NCBI RefSeq assembly: GCF_009834535.1
Contig: NC_045696.1
Span: 92,568,001-92,632,000 of the forward strand
Direction of reading: 5' to 3'
Length of the DNA: 64,000 bases
Origin: Camelus ferus
Taxonomy: Eukaryota
The notes under the pieces are model-generated. The model did not search any database, was not told the origin of the DNA, and saw nothing but the letters and a program-made list of their open reading frames with translations. Of this stretch, positions 50,919 to 64,000 are shown one piece after another (positions within the stretch are counted from its first letter, which is position 1; the number at the start of each line of letters is the position of its first letter). Both the position numbers and the translations under genes were made by a program.

Positions 50919-52429
50919 CTAAAAATCTCATCATAAATACAAAACCTAAATGAAAACCTAAATGAAAAAAAAAAAATAAGGAATCCTAAAATAATTTTGA
51001 GTAATTGGAATTTTTATGTAATTTTGAGTAATTATGAAAGCTTCCTCCCTTTCCTTTAACCTTTATGTGACAAGATTTGATACTTGGAATAGAAAAGGAG
51101 TTTGTGCGGGCTCTGGTTGATTTGGATCAACTGTAAACCAGTTTGGGTTTTCCTAAATAAACTTTCCTGGTTAGGGCAACTGTTAACCTCATGTTAATTA
51201 GTGACAGTGATTCAATACTAAAATTCAAAAAACCTAACCAAGAATAAAACAATGCATGTCCAAGTATGTCATTACATGTAAGTCCCCTACACTCATTCCT
51301 CTGTGTGCACCTCTCAAGAGCCACTGCTTACCTTCTATAGAATGGCATGAGCGTACTCCCCACTTATCCAGACCCCTGGCTGTGTGGCTTCTAGCTATGG
51401 ATTTAATCACATTAAATAACAGGGAGCTCATTCCACTTCACAAGGTGCCCAGGGTCCCCAGGCACAATAGTTTCAGTTTCCAACAAATGTATCAGGCCAA
51501 AACACAAGGCTGGAAGTTTCCTGTTAGGCCACTGCTTTTCTGTTTTGTTTTTTGGTTTTTTTTTTTTCCCCCATCTTTTCTTGGGCTTTCAGAGAATTCA
51601 TACTCCCTTACCAAGTACCAAAGTCTTTTATCAAGACATGTCCTTTCCCATATACCCCGAGGCTCTGAAAAATCTCTTTTAACCCATTAATTTCATCAAA
51701 AAGTCCTATTCCTGGTTTTCAGCTAACGGTTAAACAAAATTATAGTCTAATTAAAGTACCATTAGGCCTTCTTCTCAGAGGATTATCTACTTCTGTTTGG
51801 TGAGAATTTTTTTTTCTTACTGTAAAAGCATGTGTTAATTTTGGGTAATGTAGAAAATTCAAGCAAAAATGAGAAAATTTAGAGTTCCCTCTAATCTCCT
51901 TATCCTGAGGTAACACAGCATTAACATTTTAGTGAATATCCTTACAATTTTTCCATATGAACATTTTTGCAGAAATGGGTTCACTTAGCACATTTTGTAT
52001 ACAAAAACTACTTTCTTACAACAATGATTTTCTGTAATATCAATGATCATGAATGTGCTTTAATTCATTTAACCAATATGCTATTGTCCTCAGGTTACCA
52101 GACCCTGAGGACTTGCACCTAGAAGAGAATGGACATCAACTAAAGCCCCTGAGAATGGAAGCCCCATGGTGTGATGGCAGTTGTCTTCTGATGCAGAGGG
52201 AGAGTCCATCTGTGGTTAAATGTGGTTAAAAGTCATGTCCGGTGGAGAATTCTTTAGCCAATTCCACTTATGCAACAAACAGTTCCATCCTGTGCCAAGA
52301 AGCCATAGTGTTTAAACACTAAACCTTTCTTGAGGTGTTTGCCCATCTCACTGTGTATTTCTTTAAAAGTTGATCTTACTTCAAAGTCATGTTTCGTGTT
52401 AGACACAGACACTGAAATAATTATAGACA

Positions 52430-53835
52430 CATATATATGCATGGGCACATACATGCATTTCCTAGCTTGTCCACTGAGAGCACCCAGAAACAGCAGCACA
52501 ACACGCAGAAGCAACAAGCACACCCAGCACCCAGACCTTCTAATATCATTATTTAATGAAAGAACCCAGGCTCCTTGGAGAAATGGATAATTCTAGGGCT
52601 GGGGCAAGGAATATACAAGATGAGCCAGAAATATCTTACAGTGACAGGTAAAAAGGCTTTAAAAAGGGCAGGAGTGGGTGCACATGTCAAAAAGACACAA
52701 CCCAGGAGCCAACCTAAAAGGGCTTCCAGTGGCTAAAACTGCAACACTCTGCATAACAAAATAAACAGCATGGCCCCAAAGTATAAAATCAATATCCATG
52801 AAATATCTAAGACATGAGGTAAATATACTAGTATAAATAAATGACCGAATGGGAGCAAACCAAATCTCCCACACAGAACTCCAAATAATTTATGTAAATA
52901 CTCCCACCTTCCACTCCCCACCCCCACCCCAATTGCCTCCTAAAAGTAGGGTATGGAAAGAAGGGGAAAAGCAACTTTACAGTGAAAAAGCCTGGCAAAC
53001 ACTACCCTGACCAGGTAATCAAGATTAGTATCACCAGTGATAAGTCACACAGATAGCACGTACCCCTTGTTAGGATGTCATGAGGGTGCTTCACCCATGT
53101 GCTCTTCCTCCAAAAAAAAACAAACAAAAACCAAAAACAAAACTATAACTCCATTCTAAGTAGAAGAAAAAAACATCAGAAAAATCCAAATTAAGGAAAT
53201 ACTATTTGGCCATAAAAAGGAATGAAGAACAGATGAACCTTGAAAATACTATGCCAAATCAAAGAAGTCAGTTGTAAAAAGACTTATCGTATAATTCCAT
53301 TTATACGAAGTGTCCAGAATAGGCAAATCCATAGAGACAGAAAGTAGATTAGTGTTTGCCTAGGGCAGGGGTGTTGGGGTGGGGGAGGGAGCACTGGGAA
53401 TGACTACTGTTGAGTATGGGGTGTCTTTTTGGAGTAATGAAAATGTACTAAAACTGATTGTGGAAGTTGTTGCACAACTTTGTGAATATACTTAAAACCA
53501 CTGAATTGTACACTTTAAATGGGTGGATATTATAGTGTAATTTCTATCACAGTAAGGCCATTACTAAAAGAAGAAAGAAAAAACAAACTGAGGCATACTG
53601 AACAAAATACCTGACCAGTACATCTCAAAGCCATCAGGTAATCAAGAACAAAATGTCTTAAACACTGTTACAGACAAGAGTGGGCTGAAGCGACATGACA
53701 GCTAAAAGTAAGGTAGTATTCTGGATAGGATCCTGGAACAGAAAAAAGATATGAGGGACAAACTCGTGAAATATGAATAAAATGTGTTTAGTTAACAGTA
53801 ATGCACCAGTGTTAGCTCCTTAGCTGTGATAAATG
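52430..53835 (+). mobile_element. L1MC/L1MD-type 3' UTR with a nested L1MB 3' end (about 53197-53580)
   Basis: Host: ggctccttggagaaatgg, aaagcaactttacagtg, tggataggatcctggaacagaaaaa. Insert: gtccagaataggcaaatccatagagacagaaagtagattagtg...ccactgaattgtacactttaaatggg. Confidence 0.85.
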
Positions 53836-56084
53836 TAGCTCAAAAAATGCACTCCAGTCTGACTCAAGTTGGTGTTTAATCCTTGAACACCTTGCCTCTC
53901 TCTCTTGCAGCCCAACCTGTGGGAGTTGAGCCTTGTTCCTGCTCAGGTACTGCTTCAGTTTGGGGCCACCCCCCCACACTGACGCTGGGATTCGTGGACA
54001 GTGGGGGTTGGAGATAGGCCTAAACCATCATAGGTAGCCAGCCTGACCCCAGCCTTGTTGGAAGCTTACCCCTCTCATCCAGGCCTACCACTGAGATTCC
54101 AGGGGTCCTCATCAAAAAATCCTCACGAGTTAAAAAAGGAAACATCACTTCCTTAGCTCTATCTAGAAAGAGATTAAAATACAAAGTAGAATCAAAGTAT
54201 CTGAGAATCATACCATGATTCTCTTCTGTTTGAGTGTCATGAGATGATTCAAGCATGGAGTGAGCATTCAAATGCTGAATTATTAAATTAGCTTTTGAAG
54301 GCATTAAATATCCTTTTTCCAAACATAAAAAGTTAAAATTTTACCTTCTAAAAAGACCTCTAAAAATTGAAAAATCAGTCTCTATAATCTGATAAAAGTT
54401 AGCTTGAAAGAGATCTTGAGGTAGTGGTTCTCTCTCCGCTAAAAGGACTCTGGTCCTTCTTTCAAGAAGCAAGCAGGATGAGTTTCTTAGTTTTAAACTA
54501 CACTTGACAGGGAGGCCCCAAATGATATGTCAGTGACCCAAGACATAGACTAATGGGAACAGACACCTGTTCTCAAGTGGGGTGGTAGGTGGTGGGAGGT
54601 GGGAGTCTCTCCCTGACCACTAGGTTCTACAGGGCTGAGAATCTCATGCAGAGAGAAGTGTTCCCTAGAATGGAGTTCTATGTGCAGCTCCACCTTTAAC
54701 CAGCTGTGCAGTCTTCCTATCGCTAGACATGAGAACTTCCTTTGGGATAAAATACAACTCTTTTTCCTTACCAATTCTCTTTTAGAAATCTGAATGAACT
54801 CAATAAGCCTCGAATAACCTTGAGGTCAACAGTATTTCCTCCCCCACTAAAGTTCTTTATAGGTTAAAGTTATCAAGAAGTAAAATTTAGTGTTCCTATG
54901 GCTTTTCCTCTTCTTTCCTTCCCAGTGACCAAGAAGGTAACAGGCAGTTCAATAGCTAAAGACAGGCAGTAAGAAGACAGGGAGCAGAGGACATAAATAA
55001 TTAGGCTTGCATAGCTGAGGGATAGATAGATATCAAAAAGCATTTTAAACAACTTATAATTGGACCAGGTCACACTATATGAGCACCAACAGCTTGTACC
55101 CACCAATCAATACACACTATTTTTGCTTTTCCTAGAAGCCAAAGGCTCCAAAAGAATGATAAAAATCCAATTGTTTAAAACAAAGAAAAACTGACTTCAC
55201 ATCACTTTTTTTTCAGGCATCTGGTAGCAAATGTGTTTTAAATTGAGACAGTCTGACTTCTGATGTTAAAGGATGAAAGGAAAAGGAACCAATTAAAATA
55301 GAAACTCTTTTGTAGGCTGAATCAGAAACTAAGCTGGTAAAGAGTTCTGTGTCTCAATCTGGGTGTGGCAGGAAGGAGACGGGGAGAAGGAGATACGGGG
55401 AGTGCTTAACCCTTCTTGTACAAAGAGAACACTTAGATAAATCTTAGCGTTACTTCTGAACTATCAGACCAGGATAGGTGGATTTTATTAGCCGAGAGTT
55501 TCACTGCCTAAACTGCAAGACTGAACTAAGATTTTTTTTCCCTTTGTTGCTCAAATTTTCAGCATTTGCAGTATCATTTTGATCATTCAACTTCAGCTAC
55601 AAATTGCATAATCTGTGTACCACTGCTCTCCGGGTTTGGTTCCTTTGGATTCTAATGCCAAGCTTCTATCCATCATAGGAGTTGTGACTGGGTTCTAGCT
55701 GCCTGGCACCCTATACCCTGGTGCCCCAAATGACCATATTTGAGCCTCCCAGGGAACCAAGACTGCTCCTGTCATGAACCTCCAGTGCTGTAAGGACTGG
55801 GTCCCAAAGGCAAATGGACCAGAAGATCACATGCAGAAAATTCCTCAAAAACCCCGTCTAGAGTAGCACACCAGGCAGCAACTAGTAGAGCACAGCCTGG
55901 ATATATGAAAGGGGCAGAAAGATGCCTAAAGTTTTAAGAGATCCATTGGCTGGAGGATAGAGTCTCAGAAGATGAAGATGGAAAAATAATTGTGTGTCAG
56001 GTAAAGCAGTCTGGGCATTATTCCACAGACACATGAGGTTACTGATGTGTTTTAAGCAGATGAATATGATGATCAAAACTTTTT

Positions 56085-56139
56085 TTAAAAAATTTTTTTA
56101 ACATTTTTTATTGATTTATAATCATTTTACAATGCTGTG
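56085..56139 (-). mobile_element. Ultra-short young L1 3'-tip insertion inside an L2 fragment
   Basis: Reverse complement of 56100-56139 (cacagcattgtaaaatgattataaatcaataaaaaatgtt) matches the end of the L1 at 14249-14478; flanked by gatcaaaacttttt / gaccaaaacttttt. Confidence 0.85.
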
Positions 56140-56153
56140 GACCAAAACTTTTT

Positions 56154-56510
56154 ATGAGTCCATCATCTGTGTTTTGAAATGGAGATACCAATTTGGAAAG
56201 GGAAGAAACCAGGAGCAAAGAAAACCCGTAGGCTGCACTGCAGTGAGGTAGATCTGAGACAACCAAGGGCCTGGACTAGGGTGGAGGCTGCGAATGGAAA
56301 GAAGATGACTGAAGAGACATCTTGGAAGGAGGAGCAGTCATTTAAAAACAAACTAGATACAATGTGGAGGGTTGGGTATGATGAGGGAATCAGAGGAATC
56401 AAACATGACAAGATCTCCTTCAGGCGTGAAGCCTTGTTCTCTGGAATCTAGTGCAGTGCCAGGCAGGTACAGAACAAGTGCTCAACCAGTAGTTACTGCC
56501 ATGAATGAAC
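56154..56510. mobile_element. L2 fragments (antisense body, then a sense 3' tail)
   Basis: ggcctggactagggtggaggctg antisense L2 body; tctagtgcagtgccaggca...gtgctcaa...atgaatgaa L2 tail. Confidence 0.6.
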
Positions 56511-59500
56511 TCATGCTTGCTTCTTGAAGGATAATAAATGTCAAGTCACGTACACCTTCTCTTTACTGAATAAATGCAAAATGTTTAAATTATTATGATA
56601 GATAATAAAATCTCTTTTACTCTTCTACCACTAAGCCACAACATAAATGCAGCCTATAGTTGCCTCACATTTGCCAGGCCACCCAGCAGCACCCACTTTT
56701 GTGAGTAATGAACTTAGTATCCCCCTGCTGCCACAGAAGCTGAAATACTCTCAACATTAACTGCTTAAACTTCTTTTCCAAAATTCTTTTATCTTCTGAA
56801 AAAAGAGTGCTTATAAAATGTCCAGAGAACTAAAGAGCAAAACATTTTCTAAAGGAAACCTGGCCTGCCAACTGGCGTGTCTAACCATAAGCACCACGGA
56901 AATTGTTCAGACCACCTGAAGTCAGGCCCACCATCCCACTTCTTTGAATTCTGTAGTTTTCTGCTTCCCAGACAGGGAAGCCCTTAACCACCCAATCTCA
57001 CTGAACAAATACTCAATAACTGAATGCTATTCTCCAAGGACTCATATTTTAATTTGTAATTCAAACAGAATTTGCCACCAAAAACAGACTGCCTAGAGTT
57101 TTTTTAAAAAAGCAACAAAAAAGGGTGAAGCTACATATATAGGGAAAAAATATAAGTGGTTTCCCATTTGGTGGTATCGGTGTGGAAGCAAGGGTGCAGG
57201 GTAGGCTACCTAACAGCCTAGCTTCTTCACTTAGGTGTCTGTTATCTGGAATTCTACTATTAGACATTTATTCCTTTAAGTAAGCTTTGTCTTCTTCTTG
57301 AAGGTCTTTTTTTTTTAATCATTTTTATGTTTTATGAACCAAGCTCTGAAAGTTCAAAGATGAGTAAATCACTAACCTGCCTTCAAAAGTTTGTATTTAT
57401 TTTCTTCAGCCAGACTGTAAACAAGAGAGAAATAAGAAATAAAATATACACAAATAGTGATGGAATTCCTCAACAAGTAGTAGGAACTTGAGAAAGGATA
57501 TTGCATCCTACAGATGTGAGGAGGGACTGTGAAGTTTCCACAGACGAGACCCCCATGAGTATTGGAAATTGTGGCTAAGTGCAGACATTAAGGGTCCTGG
57601 GGCTGCCACTCCAGGCAGAGGAGCAGTGGGGCAAAGGTGAGAAGTGGAACAAAAAGGGGCATGAAGGACCCACAAGTGGACCCACCTGGCTGCGGAAGGC
57701 AAAGTCAGGCCTGGCTGGTGGGCAAGAGTTAGGCTGCGGAGGGCCTTACAAGCCACACTAAGCACTTTTCTCAAAGATACAGCATGTCACTTGAACCACG
57801 TAAGTAGCATGGAAATAGTTCATGTGATTGACTAGACTGACTAGAGATTATCACAGACCACATTTACAGCAAAGGAAATGGGTCGATGCTACTTTCTTAC
57901 AGAGTAGCTGGGCCATCAGTTCTCCACTCCTTCTGGCTTCTCCAGTACACACTCCCAAATGAACACAATTCAAACCCTTGACTCAATCACAGCCCTCCAC
58001 AGTTTTACACCAGCTCTCCAGTTCTACCTCTTAAACAACACAGGCTGGTCAAAGTTTATTCACTTTTGGCTCCTTCTGGCCTCCACCCACGAGAATACTC
58101 AACACTTTCTACCTCTCCATAGCCTACCTCCGAGACTCAGCTCCAATCCAAAGGGTAACGTAAGGCACTTGAACATCATATGAGCTTCAGGTGTTCTCCC
58201 TCACCTCTCAACATCTTACGGAAATTATTGCTTGAATATTTTATTCTACAGCTACTCATATGCTGACTTACCACATCTATTATTGTCCCAAACTTCTCTC
58301 CCCAACCACAAGATTTATAGAGAGGACAAATGTTTCATTATTGCACACACCACTAGAATCAGAAGAGAAACTGGACATACAATTTTAGTACTTTTCAAGT
58401 ACAAAATTGGAGATTAAAAGACGGACCTGTTCCCTTATGGCAGGGTTAATATCAGGTGGTATAAATTTCATAAAAATGAATATATAGCCCTTGTACAACT
58501 GAAAGCTATAACTCTCACCCCACCCTCAAAATCTGAAGACCTGGCATAGTGTAAATGTATCTGAATTGTCCCAGCTAATTGAGCACAATGGAATTATTAA
58601 TCCATAGCATTTGTTTCATCTGCACTGCCATCTGTTTTAAATAACAGATCATGCTTATACTAGCATTTTACAGATAAAACATTTTCACACATAATGTATT
58701 CATTTTTTCATACTTAACCCAAACAGGTTTGAGTTAACAGGTATTTGAGTTAACTGTTGCCCAAGAGATTGGTGCCTTGCCCAAAGTAATATAGCTACAT
58801 GGAGTTAGAGTCAGAAATAAATCAAGTTTATTAGATTTCAGGCTGATGTTGAATCAGCAGAGTTAGGAACAAGTATTATTTCTAAAATACATTCTCAAAA
58901 TTATACCTAACAACTAAACTAGGAATCTTACTCTATGTCATCAATACTCTTAAGATTTCATGGTAGATTCTTATTCTCATGCCTCAGGAAATTTTTACAT
59001 TTTCTACAAAGGTTCTCTTCTGAGATTTAAGGTTAAGAAAGCACACAAAGGTGAAACTATATACAAGAGAACTATGCTCCTTTAGTAAGTTTTAAGTTCA
59101 ATCTATTCCCAAACTAATGTGAGCTGCGCTGATTCCCCGCTCTGCCTTTTCTTACAAAGAGAAATTAATGTAGTAACAAATGTGTAGATAGCACATTAGC
59201 ACAGTCTAAATCCAGTAAATTAAAATATTCACTTCTGTAGCATACGATAGTTTTAAGCCTCTGTAGCAACAAGTTATCTGACAAAGCAAGCTCCAAGGTG
59301 AACAGCAGTATACATCCAACTTGGATCCAGGCACATTCTATACACGCATACTTTATGTAATATATGGCATGCCTGTTTCTACACTCCTAGGAAGATGCAT
59401 TACGATTTTAAAGTATCTTTATTTTTGCAAAATACTTCAATTCTTAAATGTCAAAACCAAAGACAATTCTTTCAATATTAAAGACACAAGTATATTTTAG

Positions 59501-59552
59501 ATGTACCCTTCGAAATTAAGGAAAAAAAAAAAAAACATTAAAGCACTGAGAC

Positions 59553-60040
59553 CCATGGTTCTCAACCTGTTCACTGAAGCACTCCAAGCCACTGCAAACT
59601 CAGACACAAGAACTACTAGCGTACGGTAGTTACGGGACCATGCTACATTCCTTTCGATGATGCCGTATCTTTGCAAAGCCGGGTTTTTAGTGGTTGTTGT
59701 GATAAAAAGTACTATTCAAAAGTCAGCATGGAATGGAAAATGAAGACCGCAGTATTCAACCTATTCCAAGGTTTAGTAAGTTGTCCAATACCCAAGAAAT
59801 ACATACACCCCAATAAAGATTAACTCTAGTTACTTATGAAGTTTTTTTTTTTCTTTCAATGTATATATAATATATTTTTTCAAACAGCTACTATGTTGTT
59901 AGGACCTAAATACTTTTTATGTTGTTTGAACATTACTATCACTTTAAGAAATTTAACTGTTAGATACTTATTTTGGCCTAGGGTCATTATGAAAAAAAAT
60001 TACCAGTAGAACTGTGAAAGGAGAAAGTTTGAGAACCTCT
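59553..60040. mobile_element. MER119-like hAT-Charlie element
   Basis: Ends ccatggttctcaacct ... aagtttgagaacctct; internal gctacattcctttcgatga, tctttgcaaagccgggttttt, ttttggcctaggg. Confidence 0.75.
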
Positions 60041-62572
60041 AAATTCACATCAGGTACTTTTAAGAGCTGAACTAGAAAAGAAAGAAAGAAGTAAAAATGA
60101 TCTTTCAAAATGTTTCCTATTCAATGGTAAAGCCTTAACTGTTTCTCTTTAAGCACAAATCTGACAGAAAATAGGCTAGGAACGCAGCATAAATATTGAA
60201 TTACTTAAGGAAAAAATAATCCAAGATACCTCACCTATTTAAAAATCTCTGGGTACTTATTACCAGCTTTTGGGAAGTCTCAACTATGTGCTGTATGTTT
60301 TTTTTCAGTCATTAAAGTATTATTCTAATTCTTGAATCTGAGTATTAGAAATATGGAAAAATGCTAAATGTTCTACTCTACGTTTGTGTATGCTTGAAAA
60401 ACTTTAAGATTGTTGAAAACACAACGGTCATTTTATATATAATTCTTGGTACTTTTCTTTCCCCACAAAATAAAATCAGCACTATAAATTAGAGTTCAAT
60501 TCATTACATCCTTACCACCCACATTGTAACAGAAGTTGCTTTCCAAAGAATCAGAAGATAGAATTTTCTTGCATTTTGCTAAATACTAAAATTTAGTCCA
60601 TTGAGACTTTTCTTATTTAAAGCAAATATCAGTATCCTAATGTAATTAGGGAAAGGCATCTTGACAAAAGGCTCTCATGTTCTCTACTATTTAATGTAGC
60701 CACATTAAGTGGAGATTTTAAAATAGTTTTATCTATGGTGTTCATTTTTTTAGAAAGTATGTGTTGGCAGGTTACATATTGTCTAAAATGGTAATATACA
60801 ACTACATATGGAACAGCATCCTAAAATATTTAAAAAGCATTTAATTAGAATTCAACACTATATTTGGATATCAGTGAGGTTTAAGTGGGATTCCTAACTG
60901 CTTTTCCTAGTATCTAATTTAATATAACTCATAACTCACTAAAATAATTCACTAACACTCTACCAAAAAAAAAAAAAAAAAACCTTAGCTATGGTGTGAA
61001 ATATAGCTTTTGATAAAAGTAGAATTTTTTAAAAAGGCAAAATGACATATTTATGAGGATAAAAGATAAAACTCAGTAATATTTTTTGTTTTGAGTAATG
61101 TTAAAACAGTAAAAATTTACCAAATACAGTTGAATCAAGTACTGTCTTCCCAGACAGCAGAAGGCCAGACTAGGTCATTGATCTGAAAGGACTGAGCTAC
61201 CAGAGGAATGTAGCTACCTGGAAGTAATTCCTGAATTCCGTTTCTGAACATTGCTATTTCCTCTAATCTTCATTAGTAACTCATTAATACAAACATCTAT
61301 TTTGATGGGTTTGATCAACTCTGATAACATAGTTCCAAACAATGAAAAGGACCCAATTTTTGAATTAAATTAATAAGCAATTTATGTTTTAAGAAATTGA
61401 GAACAGTTTTGATCAAATATTAATGAATATTCAAGAAATCAAATAAGTATATGTGTACATACATATGACTTTAATTTTGGAAACACAAACATCTTTAGCT
61501 AGTCATTTAAGTATCTACCCAGTATTTTATATTCACTGTGTCCACTGTTAACACTCTGGGCAAAACACTGACACCCTCCTATATATCTAAGAGAAACAGG
61601 TTAATTTTATTACCCAGAACCCCCTGATAGCATATGCAATTTCTTATTTCCCACATCCTGATAGTGTCCACCCTATCTGCTCTTGCTTCTCTAATGAACA
61701 CTGACATTTAATGACAAATTACAAAAGTCATCATTTCCTCCTTTATGAAGTTTAGTGAAGACAAAAAAAGCATTGAAGTCATTTGACATTAATTTAGCAA
61801 AGCTATTTTATGCCAACAATATTGCCACAACATACAATAGACATTTCAGTATACCATGAACAATTAGTGATTTCACAACTAGTTACTCCAATTAACAAAA
61901 TATTTTATAAAAAATCTGTTCAAAAAGACATTACATTCACTTTTTCATTTAGTATAAGGTTGCAACAATGGTCATAGTAGATTCAAAACCAGAAAATTAC
62001 TTACCTTGGACATTTGTATTCTCCAAAGGCATATACTCCACTTGAATTATTCAAGGTTCAGGTTTCCTGGAACACTCACTCAGAGGACTTTGGAGCTACT
62101 GAACTTAGCATACCCAAGAAATAGCCAAACTCCCCCCACAAAGTCTTGATTTTGCTAATCAATGGGCTTCTAGCAAGGTCAAAAGAAGCCACAGGATTCA
62201 CCAGTGAACAAACACCCTAAATGAAAAAATTAAGATGGAGCTACTCAAAAGATTTTCATTCAGGAAACTCAGGTTACAGGTTGGTCATCTCTAGCTCTCT
62301 AGAGAATTATATCCAAATGGTACAGCTCCAGAAGCATTTCTAAGTAAGTGTAGTAATCGTTTCAGCTCCATAATCTGGCTTAAATCTGATCTGGAGACTT
62401 GGCTGCAGCCTAGGGGTCATTCCTCCTCTTTACAAAGGCAAAAAGCAGTAGGAAGAAAGAGATTCTCAAAGAAGCCTGTATAGTTGTTGCAGAGACTTCA
62501 AAGCAAGTACTATCTATGTCCACTGCACTATTACCAAACAAGCCCTTGGAGTGTCTCATCTACAACACAACA

Positions 62573-62983
62573 CAGGTATTCCCTGGTTTGAAAGTTCACT
62601 TTACGCCACTTCACTTTTGCAAAGATCTACATTAATACCTGTTTTCACAAACCAAAAGAAATCCAGAAAGGATTTAAGCTTTTATGAAAAAGGACAAAAT
62701 GTAAAAACAGCATTCAGCGTTTTGTTTTGCAGGTCAGTAGAGACAGCGTAAACCTCAAGCAGCAAGAGTGGAACAGCCAAGCTCCTTCCCCAGGGAACCA
62801 CACTCAGCATCAAGCTGCCATAGCTTTGAACTATGTGTATAAACACCTGTTCTTTATCTAGATTTATTTTGTGCATCGTTAGCAAGATGTGTTCTAAAGT
62901 AATTGTTCCTTTGCTTTACATCATTTTGGCTTATGGAAGGGTTTCATAGGAATGCTCTACTTTCAGATATCAGGGAAAACCTG
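62573..62983. mobile_element. Tigger-family (TcMar) non-autonomous element
   Basis: TIRs caggtattccctg ... cagggaaaacctg, followed by TA (the left flank reads CA). Confidence 0.75.
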
Positions 62984-64000
62984 TATAGGTAGCATCATTC
63001 CAGAGTCTGGTCTGTAGCTTTAAACTAATTTAGCTACAAGATCTTTAGCAAATCAGTATCTTTGGCCACCTCTTTTCACCTATATGTTTGACTAAGATTT
63101 TAAGCTGTAACTAGAGAGGCCAGGTATGTCCCTCAGTAACAACTTATTCCAGCTGGGATATGGTTAACCATCAATGCTTGGGCCCCACCAAGATACTAGT
63201 TTAACTGACTTGATTGTAGGGTCTGAGCATTATACAGAATTAACCCAAGTGGTAATAACAGGTATTCCGGGTTGAGAACCGCTAGAAAAGTTAGAATTGG
63301 GTGGAATACCTGGGCCTCTTCAATATATAAGACTAGGATTGGGTGCTGGCATTTTGGTAATTTTGGGGAGATTCCAAATCTCTTCACTTGTCACTAAATG
63401 AAATATTTGGGAATATAAGAGCCAAGGATGCCACCATTACTGTTGTCAAAGCCCTACATTGGTAAAAAAGATTTCCTGGCTCCCAGTATCACCTGTGTGG
63501 CAGCTAAATTACCTAAGGACAAAAGGGGTGCTTTCCAAATGTAGAGACATCCACCTTGCATTCAGTTCCCTGTTAAAATCTAAACTGAGCCAATGAAAGG
63601 AACATCCACCATGGTAATGACTAAGATGTCTTCTCACCACATTCCAACGAGAATTCAGGAAATGGGGAGAGGGGGGTAAGAAAGCAGTAGGGGGAGTAGC
63701 AGAGGAGAGTTGTGTGGAAAGGTAGGAAGAAACAGAGGTGTAACATTGGGCATAAAATTATCAGAGGATTTCCGAGAGACAGTACTATCTCCAGAAACCA
63801 CTCACTCACTTATTGTAACTAAGATGATTAATACTTTGGAAGCACATTTATCCCTGATGGTCAGTTACACACTGAGAACTTCTTGTTAAGCCTTGCCTTG
63901 AAGGGCTCTGGAGCATTGCCTCTTCAACACAGAGAGCACAAAGCCTGGATTCTGGCTCTGTCGACAGCTGTATATAACTGAGTATGGGAGAATTTTCATT

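Noticed and set aside
58723..58753. Short tandem duplication acaggt(at)ttgagttaac; similar ones near 7581-7612 and 52212-52230
   Set aside because: Ordinary slippage-scale duplications with no further structure.
12965..64000. Additional V2R paralogues or other coding exons upstream
   Set aside because: No class C GPCR motifs or other recognisable protein in the ORF track or in my reading; short exons could have been missed.
1..64000. CRISPR arrays, operons or other prokaryote-type systems
   Set aside because: The sequence is mammalian (spliceosomal introns, L1/L2/MIR/MaLR repeats) and has no regularly spaced repeat-spacer structure.

Overview
This is AT-rich, repeat-rich mammalian genomic DNA, most likely from a camelid: it carries a tRNA-Ala-derived SINE matching the camelid vic-1 type, plus young L1 3' ends. 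The only recognisable gene is on the minus strand at 596-12964: exons 1-4 of a family-C vomeronasal type-2 receptor (Vmn2r1/V2R2 orthologue, class C GPCR). Exons 5-6 (Cys-rich and 7TM domains) would lie off the left edge. All splice sites seen are GT-AG, but the gene is disabled by a TAG stop (8160-8162), a 1-bp deletion (8152/8153), a second TAG (5673-5675), a 6-bp deletion in the LSDK motif and missense changes at conserved Venus-flytrap residues. The ~51 kb upstream holds no recognisable exons, only layered transposon fossils (L1 of several ages, L2, MIR, MLT1 and ERVL-type LTRs, hAT and Tigger elements) and microsatellites. I found no evidence of a new biological system. The best leads are the pattern of V2R gene loss, dateable young insertions with target-site duplications (TSDs), and an unexplained 19-bp direct repeat. 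Repeat family names and orthologue comparisons come from remembered consensus sequences, not from searches.
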